A stretch of DNA of 64,000 bases from Octopus sinensis. Its lineage: Eukaryota. The position numbers were made by a program, and so were the translations under genes. The notes under the pieces were generated by a model that was not told where the DNA came from, made no database searches, and saw only the letters and a program-made list of their open reading frames with translations. Location of the stretch: contig NC_043001.1 of NCBI RefSeq assembly GCF_006345805.1, positions 3,720,001 to 3,784,000 on the forward strand, in the 5' to 3' direction. Below, one piece after another: positions 11,752 to 25,510 of this stretch (within the stretch, counting starts at the first letter, position 1; every line of letters begins with the position of its first letter).

Positions 11752-12211
11752 TCGTTGACTCCCTTCGTTATCCGAATTGCATTCTTTTTGTTTGTTTCTG
11801 CGCATGTGTGTGGGTCAGTGTGTTCGCATATAGATGTATGTATATATTCATGGATGTAAATGTGGGTGTATGCATGTATGTGTGCGCGTATGTACATGTG
11901 TATTCTGCATATTCATGTGTTTGCATCTACCTCTGTCTCCTTGTGTGTGCATGTCTGAGCGTTTCTATGTGTGATGGTCTTTGTGACTATGTACTGTGTC
12001 TATATATATGGATGAGTCTCCATATGAGTCCCTTGTGTGAAATGAAATGTGTATATTGTCATGGGTTTCAGTCTTCATTTGCGTATGTGTGATTGTCTGT
12101 TCATATTACCAATGTACCTATCCATCCTCATGGATATCTGTTTAGTTTCATATCCATTTGCTTGCATACATGTGCATATACACATCTACATAACAGCCCA
12201 CTAGCTTTTCA

Positions 12212-12309
<98 letters not shown>

Positions 12310-12311
12310 GA

Positions 12312-12692
12312 ACATAATCTTATTTTCAAACGCAGGATAATGCTAATAATATAACGGGAACAGAATAAACGATCCATATCTTGCAGAAACATCGGTCGGC
12401 GGCCAGTCATGAGGCTCGAACTTACACCCCTGTGATGACGCGTTAAAGTGCCCCCACTGACAAATTATTCAGCAAGATTAAGGATATATAAATCTAGTTT
12501 TATAAGACGCTATCGTTCGTTATATTCAACTTACATTGAAAGTCAACAAAGTTTGCTTTAGAATCGTAATCACAAAGATATGAGTTCGAGTCTCATGGCT
12601 GCCCACCGACAGATTTTACTGCAAGATATCGATGGTTTATCCTGTGCATGCTATATTATAATCACAATCCTGCGTTTGAGAATAAAATTACT
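12312..12692. repeat. ~110 bp inverted repeat pair (MITE-like or divergent SINE relics)
   Basis: 12312-12422 is the reverse complement of 12583-12692 (e.g. CTGCAAGATAT.GAT.GTTTAT and ATCCTGCGTTTGA.AATAA). Confidence 0.7.
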
Positions 12693-12764
12693 TCCTTGCC
12701 TGTATCTTTCAGTACATCTCAACGCTTCTAATTCAAACTTTGTTGACTTTCAAGTTAAGCTGAA

Positions 12765-12843
<79 letters not shown>

Positions 12844-13588
12844 TTTATTATTTTATAGATTTAGATATTTAGTAAACACTTTTTAATTCATTAATTTATA
12901 GAAAAACAAGATGAATTTATTCATATTTATTTCTAAAATTTTGGAGGAGTGGAGAATATTTGGAAAAATATTTACTCCCTCATTGAAAACTTTCAGCTGA
13001 AAATTTTCACTTTGTTTCAATTAATTTCAGAAGCAATGATGGATTTGGTAAAACAAACATCGTTATTAAGCTGGTGCCTGGAGCATAAGTTAATTTAAAA
13101 GACGAAGGTTGTTTAATAGAATCAAAGTTTGCCTCCAGTAATTTGTTATTAGAATTCTTTCATCATAAAATAAAAAATAAAAATTTTGCTCAACTGTTAT
13201 ACGCCCCATACCGTGTCCTATTTGTTTTTTTGGTTTCCTGCAGATTATTTCATGTGCATTGCTCAAGTATTTTTCTCAGTAATCCAGTGCTCTGATAGTC
13301 TGAGATTCGATCATGCAACTCTGAGTGCAACACTCTGAACACTAAGTCAATGTACCTTCATACACACAAACACAAACACACACACATACACAGTATTTAA
13401 TATACCCTGTATTAAAATAAGAGCTACCAATATTGTGTTGCTATTAAGACACGTACTTAGATTTTAATTATGTGCTTTGCATCTTAAATGACAAAAAATT
13501 AATTGTACCTCATATTGTAAAGCCGTGTATAACAAATAATATTTATCGCTCACTGGATGGGGTACTTCCTTGCCTTAACAGATCAGTA

Positions 13589-13636
<48 letters not shown>

Positions 13637-13645
13637 ATATATATA

Positions 13646-14579
13646 CAGGGTGCGGAGAGTATTTGAGGACGCATGCTTTTTTAACCATTCTATTTGACTA
13701 ATTTTCACTGAAATTCTATTTCAGAAAATGACAATGACAGGCCCTATGCTTGCTAATTAAATGAAAAGGCTTGCTCTAATTGTGGCTGTGAAAGCTAAAC
13801 ATGGTGATTTAATAGTTTCTCGTTTTCTGAAAGCTGCAAGATCTTTGGTTCACAAGTTTCGGTGAGTTAGGGAAAGAAAATAGAAGTGTATTAAAAAAAA
13901 ATTCAAAACCTTCTGATTTTATCAAGGCTCCTGAATTTATTCAAGAAGTTGAGCAAAATATTTAAGAATATCCGGGAAAATCAATGAGGTCGATTGCAAA
14001 ACATTTCGTGTGTCAGAAAAAATAATCTGAAATGTTGTGCATGAAAACATCAGATACAAATCTTACGTGATGCGGTGAGGTCAAGTCATGTCAGAAAAAA
14101 CAAAAAAAACAAAACAAATGTAAACCGTTTAATCAGATCCAAAAGACTTTTGAACTAACTTTAAAATCCATCAGAAGATGGTGTGATTTGGCTTTTCTCA
14201 CTAGATACATTTTGACCAGGACCAGAACACTAACAAAGAAATGACAGATGGCTATGTACAGACGCTTCTGAAGTTCTAAAGGACGCAGAATTTCCTGCAA
14301 ATGTCATGATTTTGAGTGTTGTTAGCAATGAAGGATATGTGATCCCCCCTTACGTTTTTCAACAAGACTTTAGGGTGAATGCTGCCGCGTATATTGAGGT
14401 TCTGGATAAAGTTGTTAAGCCTTGAATCAATAGCGTATGCAATGGAAGGGCATATGTCTTTCAGCAAGATTCTGTACCATCACACAAGGCTCACATGACA
14501 CAAGAATTGATGGCCAGCAATTTGCATGATCACATCATCTCAAAACATTTGGCCTCCTAATTCTCCAGATCTCAATCCA
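13646..14579 (+). mobile_element. Tc1/mariner-superfamily transposon relic, maT (DD37D)-like
   Basis: Starts TA|CAGGGTG. Translation across stops and frameshifts gives PGKSMRSIAK...VVHENIRYKSYVMR...FPANVMILSVVSNEG...YVFQQDSVPSH...WPPNSPDLNP. The right end was not found. Confidence 0.85.
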
Positions 14580-15148
14580 CGGATCAAGAAATGAAACAAT
14601 AGTCAAAACATCTATACGCCATTGAATGTAAGTGACAAAAGCTAGTACGATACATTTGACACTCTCGCAGTTGACATAAAATGTCCCAGTGACATGCATT
14701 GCAAGATGACTCTTATTCTATGGTTGAAAAATTTATGTCAGAGTAAACTTCTCCGAGAAGATCCGTCTTTACCACGGCTTTGTCAAAAATAACGGGATCC
14801 GTCTCTACCCGTGGGAAATCTATTTGACCCTGACAAGCACTACTGTTCCGATTGAGAAGAAACCTGGGAGTAAGGGCAATTAAGAAGTGACTCCACGCTC
14901 CTTACAACTCCACAAATCCCCAAACTGAAGCCTCACAACTGGATGCAGTTTATATAAAGGTCAATGCAAAGGACTAAAAAATTACTAAAGAGAATATGGA
15001 AAAATGGATCTTTAGCCCACAAGATGAACTGAGTTGTTGATTTGTCAACAGAGGGATTCAATTTGGAGGCTCAGAAAATCTACTTTGAACAACTGACGGG
15101 AATCTTCAGAACAGGGGTGTTTCAGCTATATACAGAAACATGCACATA

Positions 15149-15199
<51 letters not shown>

Positions 15200-15299
15200 A
15201 CGCGCACATATATTTATATATATATATGGACACAGAAGCACACATACTAACACATATATATATATGTATATATATGTATATATATATATGTGTGCGAGC

Positions 15300-15560
15300 T
15301 GCGTGTTGTGTTCTTGAGCAAAACACTTTATTTCACGTTGCTCCAGTTCACTCAGCTGTAGAAATGAGTTGCGACGTCACTGGTTCCAAGCTGTATCGAC
15401 CTTTGTCTTTCCCTTGGATAACACTGGTGGCGTGGAGAGGGGAGGCCGGTATGCATGGGCGACTGCTGGTCTTCCATAAACAACCTTGCCCGGACTTGTG
15501 TCTAGGAGGGTAACTTTCTAGGTGCAATCCCATGGTCATTCATGACCGAAGGGGGTCTTT
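15300..15560 (+). mobile_element. SINE family G body (head missing)
   Basis: GTTGTGTTCTTGAGCAAAACACTTTATTTCACGTTGCTCCAGTTCACTCAGCTGTA resembles conserved SINE central domains. The family assignment is from memory. Confidence 0.6.
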
Positions 15561-15575
15561 ATATATATATATATA

Positions 15576-15609
<34 letters not shown>

Positions 15610-15610
<1 letters not shown>

Positions 15611-15745
15611 CTTTCTGTCGGAGAGCGTAGGCTCGAAACGTAAAAGACTTGTTTTATTTCTATTCCTCAGCGCCATACTATACATTGTTTGTTTGTACTC
15701 CACCTGCCTTCGTCTTTTGTTTATTTTCCTATACCTTCCCGTTAT
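15610..15745 (+). mobile_element. Second copy of the pLTR-like repeat with a degenerate hammerhead motif (15610-15647)
   Basis: UCUUU-CUGUCGG-A-GAGC(GUAG)GCUC-GAAA-CGUA-AAAGA. Stems I and II are intact and the core is mutated. Confidence 0.6.
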
Positions 15746-15760
15746 ATATACATACACACA

Positions 15761-15832
<72 letters not shown>

Positions 15833-16789
15833 ATGCAATTATATACAAACACGCATACACACAAAAACACACGCTAACACACTGAGAATTATTTTCCCTG
15901 GTTTCGCTTTTCACTTAAACTCAACCATATCTCTCCCCCTCCGCATCTCTCTCTCTCTCTCTCTCGCTCCACAAATCCTCCACTAAGATCACTTTCCCTT
16001 CTACTGACACTTGACCTGGCAACACGTGTTTCCACTTCCTCTATGCAATTCTTTTCTGGTTCTATTAATTTCCCATCTTTATCATCTCTATTATATTTTA
16101 GCAATACATTCACGTCGGCCATTAATTTCCCATCAATCTGTGTAAAATAACTTTTCTCAGAACGTTTTTATAAAACCCTTTTTTTAATAACGATACTTTT
16201 TATATCCATTTTACAATTCTTTCTCCTTTTTAATCCTTTCATATTTCTCCACAGCAACCTTGTTCTAATCTCCTTTCCATATAATCCTTCTATTTGGACT
16301 TTGGATATTATTCCTAGATTCTTTTATCATTTTTCCCACTTTTCATCGACTTTGTAACTTGTACGTTTATTTCTTATTTGTATTTTTCTCGCCTAATACA
16401 TCCTTTTCTTCTCTTTTTCTCTTTCCATGCCACCCATGCTGTATTTACTTCCCATTCTACTCCACTCACCCCAGTCTGATCGCCTCTACCCCACACCGCC
16501 CACACATTTCCCTTGTGCCTATCTCTTTGCACATATACACTTCTAGACATGTACCCAACACCCCACTTCTTCCTCTCTTTCTAAATCCTTCCCATAGAAT
16601 CGCATTCCCACCTGACCCCTAAACTTCCTTCTTTCTTCCATCATTATCATCACCTTTCTATACTATTTGTTTTTCTGAAGGACTTCTGTCCGAAATGTGG
16701 AAGCTACTTTGCCTTTCCTTTTCAAACGTTAGAATAACAGGATAAATAGCACCTCTGTAAAACCACGTAAATATTTTTATTTTAAAGTG

Positions 16790-17300
16790 TTCTTTATGTA
16801 TTCTATAAAGAGGAGTTGACCCAAAAGGAATCCTTGAAAGACAACACTGATGGCGTATGCTGGGTTTCAGGAGATTGCATGATTTTCATGTTGGGTTCTG
16901 CTTACCAGGAAGTATTTAATTAAAATTCAATACAGCAGCTTTCTTCTAACTATAAATATGGACAATTGTAACAGCAAAATGTTGGGCTTGAATTTGTTGA
17001 AAGCCTTGCTGAAGTCATGATATAATGCAACAGTTTTGGATTTTCCTGAAATCAAGACTTACGGCAAAAATCTTGAAACATTCCGAAAGCAAGATATACA
17101 ACAGCCGAGCTATCTTCAAATTTATTAAAAGGTCATTAAAAGTGATTCTGACACTGGTTGGAATTTAGAAGATTGTTATTGCAGAGTTATTTAATAATTT
17201 TTTAAATTAGCACCCTTTCGAATATTTTCATGCTGAGGGGTGACATGAAGGTAATAGTTAACTGCAAGTGATCTATTTCTTTTTATTTAAGGTGATTGAT
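16790..17300 (-). pseudogene. Old CR1-type reverse transcriptase relic
   Basis: Minus-strand translation gives KIFERVLI*KIIK*LCNNNLLNSNQC...LYHDFSKAFNKF...KYFLVSRTQ...SVVFQGFLLGQLLFIEYI, which aligns by eye to the RT at 20097. Confidence 0.75.
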
Positions 17301-17704
17301 TAGGATAGGAAGTGTTTTGGCCTTAAGCGTGCATCCAGAGATGAGCTTGAAGGGGTGAAATTTGGTAAATACTAGCTTCGTTGTTTACGAGCATCCGATG
17401 GACTTTTCGTCTATTGACAATATTTCTGACGTCATCAATAGAAAGGACGTGTACGTAATTCGGTGCAGAACGCATATCAGAAAAAAAAAAGGTTTAGTTT
17501 AACAGGTAACAGTTTTTTCAGTTTGATCAGCCCTTGTAAACATTGTGTGCTGATACATATTATTGAAAGATGTATGCATTCTTACATACATACACACTGA
17601 CAGTTGAGGTAACCGCACCATGACCTTGCGATCTTTTTACAACATTAAGAGATTTTAACTCTCATTTCTAGCAATATCGGAGCTTCAGAACCCTCAGTCA
17701 TATT

Positions 17705-17776
17705 TAGTGACGATAAACGTTTCCTTTTATTGTATTATATTGCGCCTAGTTCTTTACATTATATATATATATATAG

Positions 17777-17815
<39 letters not shown>

Positions 17816-17858
17816 TAATTAAAGAGCTAGGCGCAACATGAAAATTTTATCATCACTA
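17705..17858. mobile_element. MITE-like inverted repeat enclosing a (TA)n tract
   Basis: Outer arms are TAGTGACGATAAA / TTTATCATCACTA. Inner arms are TTGCGCCTAGTTCTTTA / TAAAGAGCTAGGCGCAA. Confidence 0.6.
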
Positions 17859-19534
17859 TATATATATATATATATGGGTAAATTTAACACGCACATCTTT
17901 GTAAATAGACGAGGCATAGGTTTGTGGTTAGGAACATTGTATTCAGGTTCCCGATGCATTTCAGCCATGAACATTCCAGCCGTAATTTCTTGCTAAGACA
18001 GGCTACAACAGACGCCACAGAAATTTAATTCAGTGCGGAGAGATTGATCTCAAAAGAGTGTGGTTGTAATGTGATTTTCTGAATCAACACAACCGTCCTT
18101 ACGCTTATACTTGGTAGGCTACATCTAGTTACATGTTAAACTATTCTTCACTGAGGAAGCATTATAAAATCACAAGAACGGAATATGTAGTTCGTATATT
18201 CGCCAAATTTCAAATTCACTCCACGCTGTATACCCCCATATAAGAATTTATCAAATATACGTTTATATAATCATACTTAAAGAATTCATGTATACACGTG
18301 GTCGTTAGAAAACCTTTCGGTGCAGAAATATTCTTAGGAGAAAATTCTCTTCATCGATGTTATGTGTGAAAACATACTGGGCTATTAATGACGTCATTGA
18401 ATCATAGGACACATCTATTTCTGTGTTGCTGTACATCATTATTTAAGGATACCAAATCCGTCATTTACAACCCAATAATTGCGTTTGTAATTATTTTTTA
18501 TATAAGAATAACTGTTTTTGATGTAAGAATATATATTTGGTGACGGGCATAAAGCTTGGTGAAAATGGAATTAATTAACAAGTGTCGCACGAAGCAGTGT
18601 TGAATAAAATGCGCGTCTACAATTATTACTCTAGTTAAATTTCAGAGATCTCCCACATTAACTGTCTTAACAAGAATTCTTATTAATACTAATGACACTT
18701 CTTGATTGCAGGTGTGTTTTCACTTCATTAGCAATTCTTTCTAAATCACTACATTAATTATGTTAGCAGGAGTTTGATGATATGCACTTTATTCCATTAA
18801 CCCCAATAAAATGGATGGAAGATAAAGTTAAGTCAATAATATGGACACCAGTAAATCCTTTATAGCTATTTTATTTGATAATTAAAATCTTAAATTTACT
18901 GGTTGCTTACGTTCAGAGAGTGAATATTAACAATATTTACAAGTACACTACTTTTCAGTTAGTTCGACCATCACATGCCGTATATTGCCTCTAGGCCAGA
19001 TGTGGGTTCTTAAAACTTATTATTAAAAGCGAAGATTAGTAAGTACCCACCTATGCAAAACTACTCCTACAATTATAGACATCTCAGTTGGTTACCCAGA
19101 AATATTTCCCTTGTTACAAAAAACCTTCATAACCGCTCCATTAATATTTTACATTGATTAGCACCTCAACCATACTTGATCTATCTCTCTTTCACTCTTC
19201 GTCTCACGTCGTTTCCTTCCTTACTGAACCACTGTTGTTATTCTGCTCAACCTCTTCCTTTTCTGACGGTCATTCCCTACTCTTATCCCCCTCCCCAATT
19301 CATTGGTCCTCCTCTCCCTTATCCACCATTCACTATATCTGTCACTCAACCTCACACGTTTCGTATAATGGTTACCTACCTTTCCTTAGTCTCCCCTATT
19401 TATTATTCCTCAACATTTATTCTTCGTTATATTCCCTATATCTATCTCTCACACTCTCAAATCCTACAACCTCTCCCTAGCCGCATACTCTCTTCTCCTG
19501 TCGCCACTAAGTCGATCGAAGTCTTTATCTTGCA

Positions 19535-19745
19535 AGTTACATATCGACCTCACTCATGGTAGTGTCATAGAAAAAGTTGTACACGCTGTAAAGTGGTTGA
19601 CTTTAAATTAGAGGATATAAGCATAGGAGTCATGCCAACGTTGACAATGGAGAACGATACGGTCCTCGGACTTTTTGGAGCCAGTGAATCCATGTAATCC
19701 ATGCAGCTTATGCTAGTATAAAACTTGGACGTTAAATGATGATGG
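19535..19745 (+). mobile_element. Family D 3' end, diverged
   Basis: CACGCTGTAAAGTGGTTG...GGACGTTAAATGATGATG. Confidence 0.6.
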
Positions 19746-19807
19746 GGGTTTATAGATACATACATACATACATACATACATACATACATACATACATACA
19801 TACTACA

Positions 19808-19838
<31 letters not shown>

Positions 19839-21512
19839 GCCACTGACATCATAGCAGCAATAAATAAGGTCAAACACTATTCTGCTGTAGGCCCTGATAG
19901 ATTCCCCGCTTGTCTCCTGAAGGAATGTGGACACCAACTTGCAGTCCCTCTGACCAACCTCTGGAGAAATTCGTTAGAAGCAGGTTATATACCGAAACAG
20001 TTTCTATCCCAGTCAGTCATCCCGGTTTTCAAACAGGGAAACAGATCCCTCGCACTCAACTATCGCCCAATCTCACTCACCTCCCACATCATTAAAGTGT
20101 TTGAAAGAGTGTTAAGATCAAGTATAGCTAACTTCCTGGAGACCCACAAACTCCTAAATGCAAATCAGCATGGCTTTCGCTGTGGCAGGGACTGTCTAAC
20201 ACAGCTCTTACACCACATTGAAGATGTACTCAAAGCCTTGGGAACAGGTTCGAACTCTGATGTCATATACCTTGACTTCAGTAAAGCGTTCGACACGGTA
20301 GACCATAATATCCTACTCTCAAAATTGGCAAATGTTGGAATCCGTGGAAAAGTTCTACACTGGATCAAGTATTTCCTGGCGAATAGAACACAATATATTG
20401 TAGTTGATGGAGTCCACTCAAGCCCAGCAAAAGTCACCAGCGGTGTCCCCCAGAGGACTGTCTTGGGTCCGCTACTCTTCATAATCTACATAAACGACCT
20501 TTCCAGTGTCATACATTACTGCAAAATGAAAATATTTGCTGATGACACTAAGCTCCAGCAAATCGTCAATGAAGAAGCAGACCGAACTCAACTCCAGTCT
20601 AATCTATATGCTGTGAGTCAATGGGCAGACAGAAACAAAATGCAACTGAACGAGGGAAAATTTGAGCTGATGCATTCTGGAAGAAATTCCTCACTAAAAC
20701 AGCCATAATCTCTTCCTTCAGGGGAACCGCTCACAGCCTCTAACAATATCAGAGACCTGGGTGTAATTGTTGATGATGATCTCAGTTGTAGTGCACACAT
20801 CAACAAGAAGGTCGATATAGCTCGTAGGATGAGTTCCTGGATCTTAAGAACTTTCCAGTCCAGCGAACAAGGTATCATCATACCATTTTTCTCCTCCTTT
20901 GTACGGCCACACCTCGAATACTGCTGCCCACTGTGGTCTCCCTATACAAGACAAAACATCTCGAGGATTGAATCACTCCAGAGGGCACTCACTAAACGAA
21001 TTGAAGGCATGGCTGCTCTCGATTATTGGGATCACCTTAAAGCCTTGAAACTCTGCTCTCTTCAGCGTCGCCGTGAGCGGTACATCATTTGTACGATGTG
21101 GAGAACATACCGCCAACTTTGCCCAAACTACCTGAACATTAGCTTCAAGGTTCATCCAAGACTGGGACCACGGGCCATACGTCCCCTGCCCAATTCAGGA
21201 TCGCAGCATATATGTACACTACAACATAATTTCTTTTCCTCAACAGGCCCTGCCCTATTTAACATTGTCCCGAAAAGGATCAAAGAGGAAAAGGATCCCA
21301 TCAACTTTAAACGGAGTCTGGATAGATTCCTTCAAGGAATGCCAGATAAGCCACCCATAATTGGATACAAGTCACACAACAAAAACTCACTACTTGAATA
21401 GACCATAAACAAAACTTGACTTAAACAGGATTCAAGTAATCCTATCAGGTGGTGCTATTAAGTTAGACATGGCCTGGACCAATCATTGGTCGAACATATC
21501 TAAGTTTATCTA

Positions 21513-21516
<4 letters not shown>
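19839..21516 (+). mobile_element. 5'-truncated CR1-type LINE (RT domain to 3' end), non-functional
   Basis: ORF 20097-20708 has [23 protein letters not shown] and FADDTKL. ORF 20829-21401 has RPHLEYCCPLWSP and SLQRRRERY. The 3' tail is (TATCTAAGTT)x2 and both ends abut (TA)n. Confidence 0.93.
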
Positions 21517-21575
<59 letters not shown>

Positions 21576-21580
21576 GTATA

Positions 21581-21708
21581 TGTAATATGTTACAATTATT
21601 CGGTAGCCATGATAAAAGTCCGAGTTTCGGATGTCGGGTTCGAAATCCATCCCGATATCTGAGACTCGGTGTTTTATCATGGCTACCAAATAGTTGTCAC
21701 ATATTACA
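21581..21708. mobile_element. Palindromic MITE-like element (TGT...ACA)
   Basis: TGTAATATGTTACAATTATTCGGTAGCCATGATAAAA...TTTTATCATGGCTACCAAATAGTTGTCACATATTACA. A related arm occurs at ~21825-21880. Confidence 0.7.
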
Positions 21709-21877
21709 TTTACACATAAATACCTCTATTTACATAATATCGATGTCTCTTTCATTCTTTTGTTCTCTTACCATTTCTATCAATATATAATATATATATA
21801 ATTGAAGGGATGCCCGAGCAAGTTTGCACTCCGACATCCGAAACTCGGAGTCTTAATGTGGCAACCGAATAATTGTC

Positions 21878-21928
<51 letters not shown>

Positions 21929-24900
21929 CCAAAGACGAGGCACTGATCTTAAAATTTGTGGCAGATTATATTTACTTCTCAACAACAATTACTGGCCTTC
22001 AAACCGTTTACAGGATAGCTTTTAGTTTTCAAAACTGTCGCTTACAAAACAAAGCTATAGTAAAAGAGCCTTAGCGAACGTGCCATCCAGTTTGCGACGC
22101 AAACTTGGTATCCTCTCAACAATTCCTGTGAATTTAATATTAACGATGATTGTGTCTGGAATCAGCGCCAGTCGACAAAGTTTAGGAGACAACTTTGATA
22201 ATTAAATTGATTCTATTATTACAATGATGAAGGCCTAAAATCATTTCATTTATCAGGATTTGACTTAATTAACCAGATTACAACATATCGTTAGTAGATA
22301 TTTTATTGAACATAAATATAAATTAGTCCCTGGAAAGTTTGGAACATTGTGAAACAGTAATGGATGTGAATCTACTGAACTCCATCTAACAGACAACCAG
22401 ATTTTAACTGGTAGAATCGGTTTCCCTCTCTCAGCTGGCAATTTCAAACTTTGCCGTCATCTGATTCTCGTAGATCTTCTAAAGTGATCGTTACTCGGTC
22501 TAAACCCATCACAGTTGTACAGTTTTCTTCAACATGTTTCATTTATTTGCCATTCCTCTCGATCTCCCTCACATATTCATGCACTTCCTCTGCCTTTTCC
22601 TTCTCCTACTTTGCTTTTCGTCCGCTTGCCAAAAACTTCCAAGCCATTCTTCTCAAAGAGCTTAGAAGACATTTGACATTTTATAAAACTTCTTATTCAA
22701 TGGTGCTTCTGGAACTACTTCTATGTGACTCTTTTATTTATTAAAACCGGCAATTAAATCTTCCACAGATCGTACTCTGCTGCCTCCAAAAAACAAGAGT
22801 TCGTTGAACAATGAAACCCATTATATAATACATATGCGAATAAAAATGCAATACGAGTAGGTTTGAAGCACATTTATAGATCTGCTCAATTAGTTCTGAT
22901 CTGGAACAAAACAACTAGAATTTCCCATTTGACTATGTTTCACTACCTTGAATTAGTAAATTCTTAAAAATCATGCCAAACAGCAGCCATATGAAAAATC
23001 TAATCTCCAACGTGTCAGGAAAGGAAGTTCTATTTGTCTGAATTTCTGGGAACGCAACAAAATCTTTAAATCACGCTTTATAATCGTGTAATAAGAAAGA
23101 TGAAATGTAATGGACACACCGCAAGTCGTTCACAAATTAAGATAAGATAAAGATGCAGAAAACAGCGCCACACTAAACTTCAACATCCAGAATTGCACAA
23201 ATAATACTTGTAGCAGTGCAGTGACACTTAAAGGAAGGCCAATTTAGAAAGCCGACATTTTAGTCCATCATTCGCTCGTGTGTTGTTTTGAGAGATGAAA
23301 GTCGAGCCCTCTACAGATAAAAGCGACTAAATTATCTTTTCTTTCTTTCTGCTTTGGCATCATTCATTGGATCTAGGCAACTATCACCCTTCTGGTATTT
23401 GACAATTATTTTGCCATGTGTTTTCCACGATTTCTGTTAATCGCAGCTAAATCCTTACAAATCATAACCTCTATAGGTTTTTCAGAAGTAAATATCTATA
23501 TATTTGACTGGCATTTTGTACGGTAAAGGTTTTTATCCTTCTGTGCACATATACATTCACGACATAATCTTTCTCTTTTAGCATGTAAATGAAAAAAGAC
23601 AGCTTCTTAAATGTATTTAGGCACATTTTCATAGCATTTTAGAGCATTATAACACACAAATAAGAAATATAAGAAAAATAAGAAACATTCTTACGTATTC
23701 CATATCCACAGCATAACCTTTCTTTCACCTTTCAGTTGACTCGTCGTTGTACATTTATTTATACAAGTACATTTGTGTTAACAACTGGAAATAAACATCA
23801 CGTATTGTCCTTGTTTGAATTCTATATTTAACTTGTCAGGCCCCGAATTGGAATTATTACTGATTTACAAAACTAGCAGAAGCCGTCGGCATCTCTTTTC
23901 TTTCTTGGCAAATCAGAAGATAAAGGAAAATATATACAACTAATTTTCTTCTTATTTATAAACAAATCCTTAGAATTTGCTACAACGCTGTCTCTCGACA
24001 GAGAAAAAGGGAGAATTATTGAGTACATAAGACAGAAATAAATGCATATCCTTCAATGAAAACAGCCAATGTCAACACAGATACAAACTGTCAGTTGTAA
24101 ACCTTACATTTCAAGGGCATTTACATTCTGTTCCACAGATAAATCATTCGTTAAAGAAATCCACTGAATACAATAAAAACCAAATCGACAGCAGATGTTC
24201 TACGAAAGAGAAGAAGGAGTCAAACAATACCGTTATGAATATAACATCTCAAATACAAAAGCCATTACATACAGAATACAATATATGAATTACGTAAACT
24301 ACAGAAGTGATGAATACGAGATAGGACACAACAACGAGTTGTTAAAACACTGGACTGACTCCCTGTCTTGACATATTTGTTCAAAGTATGTGCTGTGAAT
24401 TTAAATTGCACCGAGAACAAATTAGTGTTTTAGGTTTCTGAGTTTGATAAAAAAGAATGTATTAATTCCGGGAGGTGACCAAACCGAATCCTTTGAGCAC
24501 AAGACTGGATGCCCTGGGGTAGACCGTTCTGGCTCTTTGTGTTCGGAGTTTTAAAAATCCCCTCATGATTTATTGAGACTGAGTTCATTCCTCAGTTCAA
24601 CATTACTTCCTGGCAACTTGTATGAACACAATGGGGTCAGATCTGTTGCAGACATTCGAAGTTAGGTCTTCGGTTTAAGAATACATACCACCTTCCCTTC
24701 CAGCCGCTGGTTTTGGAAGCCTCTCTAAAGGGTCATGGACACTAACTTTCCCCTTTCAGCAAAACAACAGAAGAACCAAAATCCACATTCCATTAGAGTA
24801 AACAGAAAGTAATTCATGGCAAAAACATTGAAAATCCCACTTTTTATTCAAAAATCACTGGCATATCAATTCTGCAAACAAGTCACTAATAACGAATTTG

Positions 24901-25348
24901 CTTCATTAATTCAATTGCAGATGACGAAATTAGAAACTGCAAGACTGCAACTGCTATACTGGTCGTACATGCACAGCATTCTCCCAACAAATTAACAATG
25001 CACTTTGAATATAGAACAATTCTTATACAATATATGCAAAAAGTAGCAGTCTATAAAATACTAGTGAATAATTCATTTATACTCAATAGAATTCCCTCCA
25101 AATTAGACAACGGACTGGGAACTAAACTCACAGCACAGCAGCATATTAATATAAGCACTGGAACAGCAATAAACTCCAGCTTCAGAAATATGGTCGTACG
25201 AAGATTTGGTGATAATGTGTTGAGAAACGACATTAAGTCTGCTTGCTTTAAAGAGGGTGCAGAGGACAAGGTCACATGATACTAAGGTATAGAATCAGGG
25301 AATGTCTGTAATATCTTTAGAGTTTTATATTGAAAGAAATACTAACTG

Positions 25349-25510
25349 GCATCCCGTCGGTTACGACGACTAAGGCCCCAGTTGATCCGATTAACGGAAC
25401 AGCATGCTTATGAAATTAACGTGCAAGTGGCTGAGCACTCCACAGGCACGCGTACATTTATCGTAGTTCTCAAGGAGATTCAGCGTGACACAGAATATAC
25501 CAAGGCTGGT
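25349..25510 (-). mobile_element. SINE family C 3' fragment
   Basis: CCAGTTGATCCGAT...AACGTGCAAGTGGCTGAGCACTCCACAG is the reverse complement of 10000-10100. Confidence 0.75.

Noticed and set aside
12436-12465. C/D-box snoRNA-like GTGATGA...CTGA (also at ~56138)
   Set aside because: The boxes are too close together and have no terminal stem.
15990-16340. Possible decayed LINE C-terminus on the minus strand (similar texture at 59700-60110)
   Set aside because: No diagnostic motif is recoverable by eye.
22265-22745. Purine-rich minus-strand stretch resembling a decayed coding sequence (RRMAWKFLAS...TLEDLRESDDGKV)
   Set aside because: It needs several stops and a frameshift, and I cannot assign it to any family. 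A tblastx search would be needed.
24895-25279. ~125-codon open frame (ADDEIRNCK...EDKVT*)
   Set aside because: No recognisable domain or convincing splice pair, and a few frames of this length are expected by chance in 64 kb.
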